Assembly: GCA_963836185.1 (NCBI GenBank) | Contig: CAWIIQ010000001.1 | Span: 96,001-160,000, forward strand | DNA: 64,000 bases | DNA from: Candidatus Krumholzibacteriia bacterium | GTDB lineage: Bacteria > Krumholzibacteriota > Krumholzibacteriia > Krumholzibacteriales > Krumholzibacteriaceae | Reading direction: 5' to 3' | Shown: in pieces, positions 60,950 to 64,000 of the stretch | How positions within the stretch are numbered: position 1 is the stretch's first letter | Layout: each line of letters starts with the position of its first letter | Program-made: the position numbers and the translations under genes | Notes under the pieces: generated by a model | Seen by the model: the letters and a program-made list of their open reading frames with translations, nothing else | What the model was told of the DNA's origin: nothing | Databases searched by the model: none

Positions 60950-61075
60950 GGAGCCTGCCCTCCTCGCAGCAAGAATGGCGGGGATGGGCGCCAGGCGGTC
61001 ACCAGGGAAAATCCCATTTCAGGCTGTTGTGCTCCAGATCGAGCTGCCGGCTTGATGCCGGAAGGGACCGCCGCA
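60950..61075 (+). ncRNA. Candidate structured RNA (leader or small RNA), family not recognised
   Basis: Long 5' hairpin plus GGCGGTC/GACCGCC stem enclosing three small hairpins. Confidence 0.35.
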
Positions 61076-61104
61076 TTTATTCTATCGGAGGGAGGAACCA
61101 TCCG

Positions 61105-62133
61105 ATGTTGAGAACGAAGATCGCGTTTATCCTGCTTGTTGTCATGGTGGCTGCCATAAACGGATGCGGGGAAGACGGGAAGAAAGAAAGTGGAGAAAAC
61201 ATGGACACCCCTATGACGGACAGCGCAGGTTTCGTGGCCAAGGTAAACGGTGAAGTCATCGGAGACAAAGCGCTCGCCCAGGAACTTGCCATGCTGAAGC
61301 AGCAGATGGCCGGCAGGGTCAGCCAGCAGCAGCTTGACTCGATGGAGCCGATGCTGAAGCAGCAGGCTGTCGCCAACCTCGTAAACAGGAGCCTGCTTAC
61401 CCAGGCTGCCAAGGTTGAAAATATTACTGTGACTGAAGAACAGATCACTGGAAAATATGATGAGATCAAAGCCAACTTCCCCGACGAAGAGACTTTTATC
61501 GCGCAGCTTGAAAGAAGCAATATGTCTCCCGATGAGTTCCGCGTGGAAGTCGAGCGCGGGATGAAGCTTGAGGAACTGGTCGATATGAAGACCACGGGTA
61601 TCGCGGCGCCGACCGAGGAAGAGGCGAAGGAATTCTACGACTCGAATGCCGAAAGATTCACTACGTCCGAGAAGGTCCGTGCCTCACATATCCTGATCAC
61701 GGTGGCTCAGACTGACACGGAGATCACGCGTGAGCAGAAGAAGGCGAAGATCGATGATATTCATGCCCAACTCGTGGCGGGCGGCGACATGGCCACGCTG
61801 GCCATGGAGAACTCGGATTGTCCGAGCAAGGACAAGGGCGGGGACCTCGGCTTTTTCGGCAGGGGCCAGATGGTAAAGCCGTTTGAGGATGCCGCGTTCG
61901 CTCTTGATACGGGAGAGATAAGCCCCGTCGTGGAGACGAGTTTCGGTTATCACGTCATCACGGTCACAGAGAAGGAAGAAGCGGGCACTACTCCCTTCGA
62001 GGATGTAAAGGAAAGCATCATCGATTATCTCGCCGACATGAAGAAGCAGGACGAGATGAACACTTACATGACCTCGCTGAGGGATGCCGCCGTGATCGAG
62101 TACGCCGATTCGGCTTTCGCTCCGGCCATGTAA
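61105..62133 (+). CDS. PrsA/SurA-like parvulin peptidyl-prolyl isomerase lipoprotein
   Basis: RBS GGAGG; lipobox INGC; VRASHILI, GGDLGFF.RGQMV.PFE, FGYHVI. Confidence 0.92.
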   Translation: MLRTKIAFILLVVMVAAINGCGEDGKKESGENMDTPMTDSAGFVAKVNGEVIGDKALAQELAMLKQQMAGRVSQQQLDSMEPMLKQQAVANLVNRSLLTQAAKVENITVTEEQITGKYDEIKANFPDEETFIAQLERSNMSPDEFRVEVERGMKLEELVDMKTTGIAAPTEEEAKEFYDSNAERFTTSEKVRASHILITVAQTDTEITREQKKAKIDDIHAQLVAGGDMATLAMENSDCPSKDKGGDLGFFGRGQMVKPFEDAAFALDTGEISPVVETSFGYHVITVTEKEEAGTTPFEDVKESIIDYLADMKKQDEMNTYMTSLRDAAVIEYADSAFAPAM

Positions 62134-62157
62134 GCAGGCCCGCACGGCGGGATCGCG

Positions 62158-63309
62158 ATGAGCGCATTTTTTATCAATAAGCGAGCCGGGAGCATGGAGA
62201 ATATCCATGACCCCGGCTCTTCTTCTATCTCCTTCCATCGAAGGCTTCCCGGATACAGGCCTTCCCCCCTGAGAGCATCCGCTTCCGCGGCGAGATCGCT
62301 CGGCTGCCGCAGTGTCATGCTGAAAGATGAATCCGACAGGTTCGGGCTTCCCTCTTTCAAGATCCTCGGGGCATCGTACGCCGTGTACAGGGAGCTGATG
62401 CGCCGGCGCCTCTTTTCCGGGGACTCATGGGACTCTCTCGATGATCTGGTGAGACTCTGCGCCGATATCCTTCCCCGCGGCCTCGTTTCCGCTACCGACG
62501 GGAACCACGGCCGGGGGGTCGCGCGTGTCGCGGCCTGGCTTGGTGTCGGGGCGGAGATCTTCGTGCCGGAGGGCACGGCGGAGGCAAGGATAGAGGGGAT
62601 AATATCCGAGGGCGCATCGGTAAAGGTCGTCCGCGGCGACTACGATGACGCGGTCGAAGCAGCCGCGTCGCGGGAGAGTGAGGATCTGTGGCTCATCCAG
62701 GACACTGCGTGGCCCGGATACGAACGGATACCGGCATGGATCGTCGAAGGGTACGCGACGATCATGGAGGAGATGGAAGATCAACTTGCGGCGGCAGGAG
62801 GCCGTGTGCCCGGAATCGTTGCCGTCCAGATCGGAGTCGGGAGTCTCGCCGCCGCGGTGATACGGCATTTCAGATCGGACGGGAACGGGGATGCTCCTGT
62901 GATCGCCGGTGTCGAGCCCGGCAGCGCCGCCTGCGCGTATGAATCTGTCAGGGCGGGAGAGATCGTCACCGTCCCCGGGCCGCACCGCTCCGTGATGGCG
63001 GGACTGAACTGCGGTACCCTCTCCAGCCTTGCCTGGCAGGCGATAAGGGATGGGGCGGACATACTTGTCACCGTGACCGACGATGACGCGTTTGAGGCGA
63101 TGAAGTTGCTCGCGGGTGACGGGATCGTCTCGGGCGAGTCGGGCTCGGCCGGCCTCGCGGGAGCCATGGTCCTGTTTCGGGATGCCGGGGCGCGCGATGA
63201 GCTCTCTTCGATGGGGCTCGGGCCGGAGCCTGACCTGATGCTGATATCCACTGAGGGTATTACAGATCCCGTTCTCTATGGAAAGATCGTCAGTCCTCAC
63301 GGTCGATGA
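62158..63309 (+). CDS. dpaL: Diaminopropionate ammonia-lyase
   Basis: KDESDRFGLPSFKILG (PLP Lys), ATDGNHGRG, QDTAWPGY, MAGLNCG. Confidence 0.88.
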   Translation: MSAFFINKRAGSMENIHDPGSSSISFHRRLPGYRPSPLRASASAARSLGCRSVMLKDESDRFGLPSFKILGASYAVYRELMRRRLFSGDSWDSLDDLVRLCADILPRGLVSATDGNHGRGVARVAAWLGVGAEIFVPEGTAEARIEGIISEGASVKVVRGDYDDAVEAAASRESEDLWLIQDTAWPGYERIPAWIVEGYATIMEEMEDQLAAAGGRVPGIVAVQIGVGSLAAAVIRHFRSDGNGDAPVIAGVEPGSAACAYESVRAGEIVTVPGPHRSVMAGLNCGTLSSLAWQAIRDGADILVTVTDDDAFEAMKLLAGDGIVSGESGSAGLAGAMVLFRDAGARDELSSMGLGPEPDLMLISTEGITDPVLYGKIVSPHGR

Positions 63310-64000
63310 AGGCTGGATCGGCCGATGTCGTATGCATCTTCTCGGCCGGGATGACCAGGCGGTCAGCCTTCCAGATCTCCCTGTTGTACTCCATGATCGT
63401 CCTGTCCGAGGAGAACCTTCCCGAGCGGGCAACATTGATCAACGACTTCCTGTTCCAGTTCTCGCTGTCGGCGTATTCCCTGCACACATTCTCCTGCGCC
63501 TTGCGGTACGAGTCGAAATCGGCGAGGACGAGGAACCGGTCATTTCCAAGGATCGCTTCGACGAGGGGCCGGAAGAGATCCTTCTGGCGCGGGGAAAAGA
63601 AGCCTTTTCGCAGAAGTTCGATGGTCTTCTTCAAGATCGGATCGGATGATATGTAACGGCGGGCGTCGTAATCCGCCGCCGTCTGTCTCGCCTGCTGCGC
63701 GTCCAGGCCGAAGATAAAGATGTTTTCCTCTCCCACTTCCTCCATGATCTCGATATTGGCGCCGTCGAGCGTGCCTACGGTCAGGGCGCCGTTGAGAGCG
63801 AGCTTCATGTTGCCAGTTCCCGAGGCTTCATATCCCGCCGTGGAGATCTGTTCGGAGACATCGGCCGCGGGTATGATCGCTTCGGCCAGGGTCACGCGGT
63901 AATTCGGCAGGAAGACCACCTTGAGCCTGTCGCTCGTCTCGCGGTCTTCGTTTATCATTCCGGCTACATGGTTGACGAGGCTGATGACGAGCTTGGAGAT
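63290..64000 (-). CDS. glgP: Glycogen/starch phosphorylase (5' part outside window)
   Basis: EQISTAGYEASGTGNMK PLP motif, GTLDGANIEI, FSSDRTI.EY. Confidence 0.95.
   Translation of the reverse strand: MSKLVISLVNHVAGMINEDRETSDRLKVVFLPNYRVTLAEAIIPAADVSEQISTAGYEASGTGNMKLALNGALTVGTLDGANIEIMEEVGEENIFIFGLDAQQARQTAADYDARRYISSDPILKKTIELLRKGFFSPRQKDLFRPLVEAILGNDRFLVLADFDSYRKAQENVCREYADSENWNRKSLINVARSGRFSSDRTIMEYNREIWKADRLVIPAEKMHTTSADPAFIDRED

Noticed and set aside
60949-61035. HDV-like ribozyme suggested by CTG-CCCTCCTCG-CAG followed by 7 nt and GG
   Set aside because: No proper G-starting P1 partner upstream and no catalytic CNRA before the putative P2' strand

Overview
GC-rich bacterial chromosomal window. 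The lineage is probably FCB-group, Krumholzibacteriota/Latescibacterota-like; this is inferred from secreted proteins ending in a FlgD-Ig domain or a SWGxLKxLF tail. 1-8.8 kb is the distal spc/alpha ribosomal operon (rplF to rplQ, including an rpmJ missing from the ORF track), and several of these proteins carry charged low-complexity extensions. Next come an AEC transporter, a GlcE/GlcF-like pair and tRNA-Asn(GTT). A patchwork accessory region with no integrase follows the tRNA (about 12.3-38 kb). It holds a TolB/TPR regulator locus with DUF1254/1214 genes and a sulfatase remnant, a tandem-SnoaL/FlgD secreted protein, hydrolases, crcB, an FG-GAP protein, a decaying amino-sugar/GT2/GT-C cluster and an HTH + nucleotidyltransferase pair. 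The rest contains a TPP riboswitch controlling a non-ThiL, non-HypE AIR-synthase-family gene, a radical SAM gene, a two-permease RND operon with a 3-repeat secreted protein, typA flanked by two unannotated tiny Lys-rich ORFs, glnS, a PadR unit, a BamA-like gene, ogt, smr, a PPIase with a long structured leader, dpaL and partial glgP. About eight frameshifts in otherwise intact genes, several at short G/C or dinucleotide runs, look like sequencing errors. All family calls come from motif recognition only; no searches were run.
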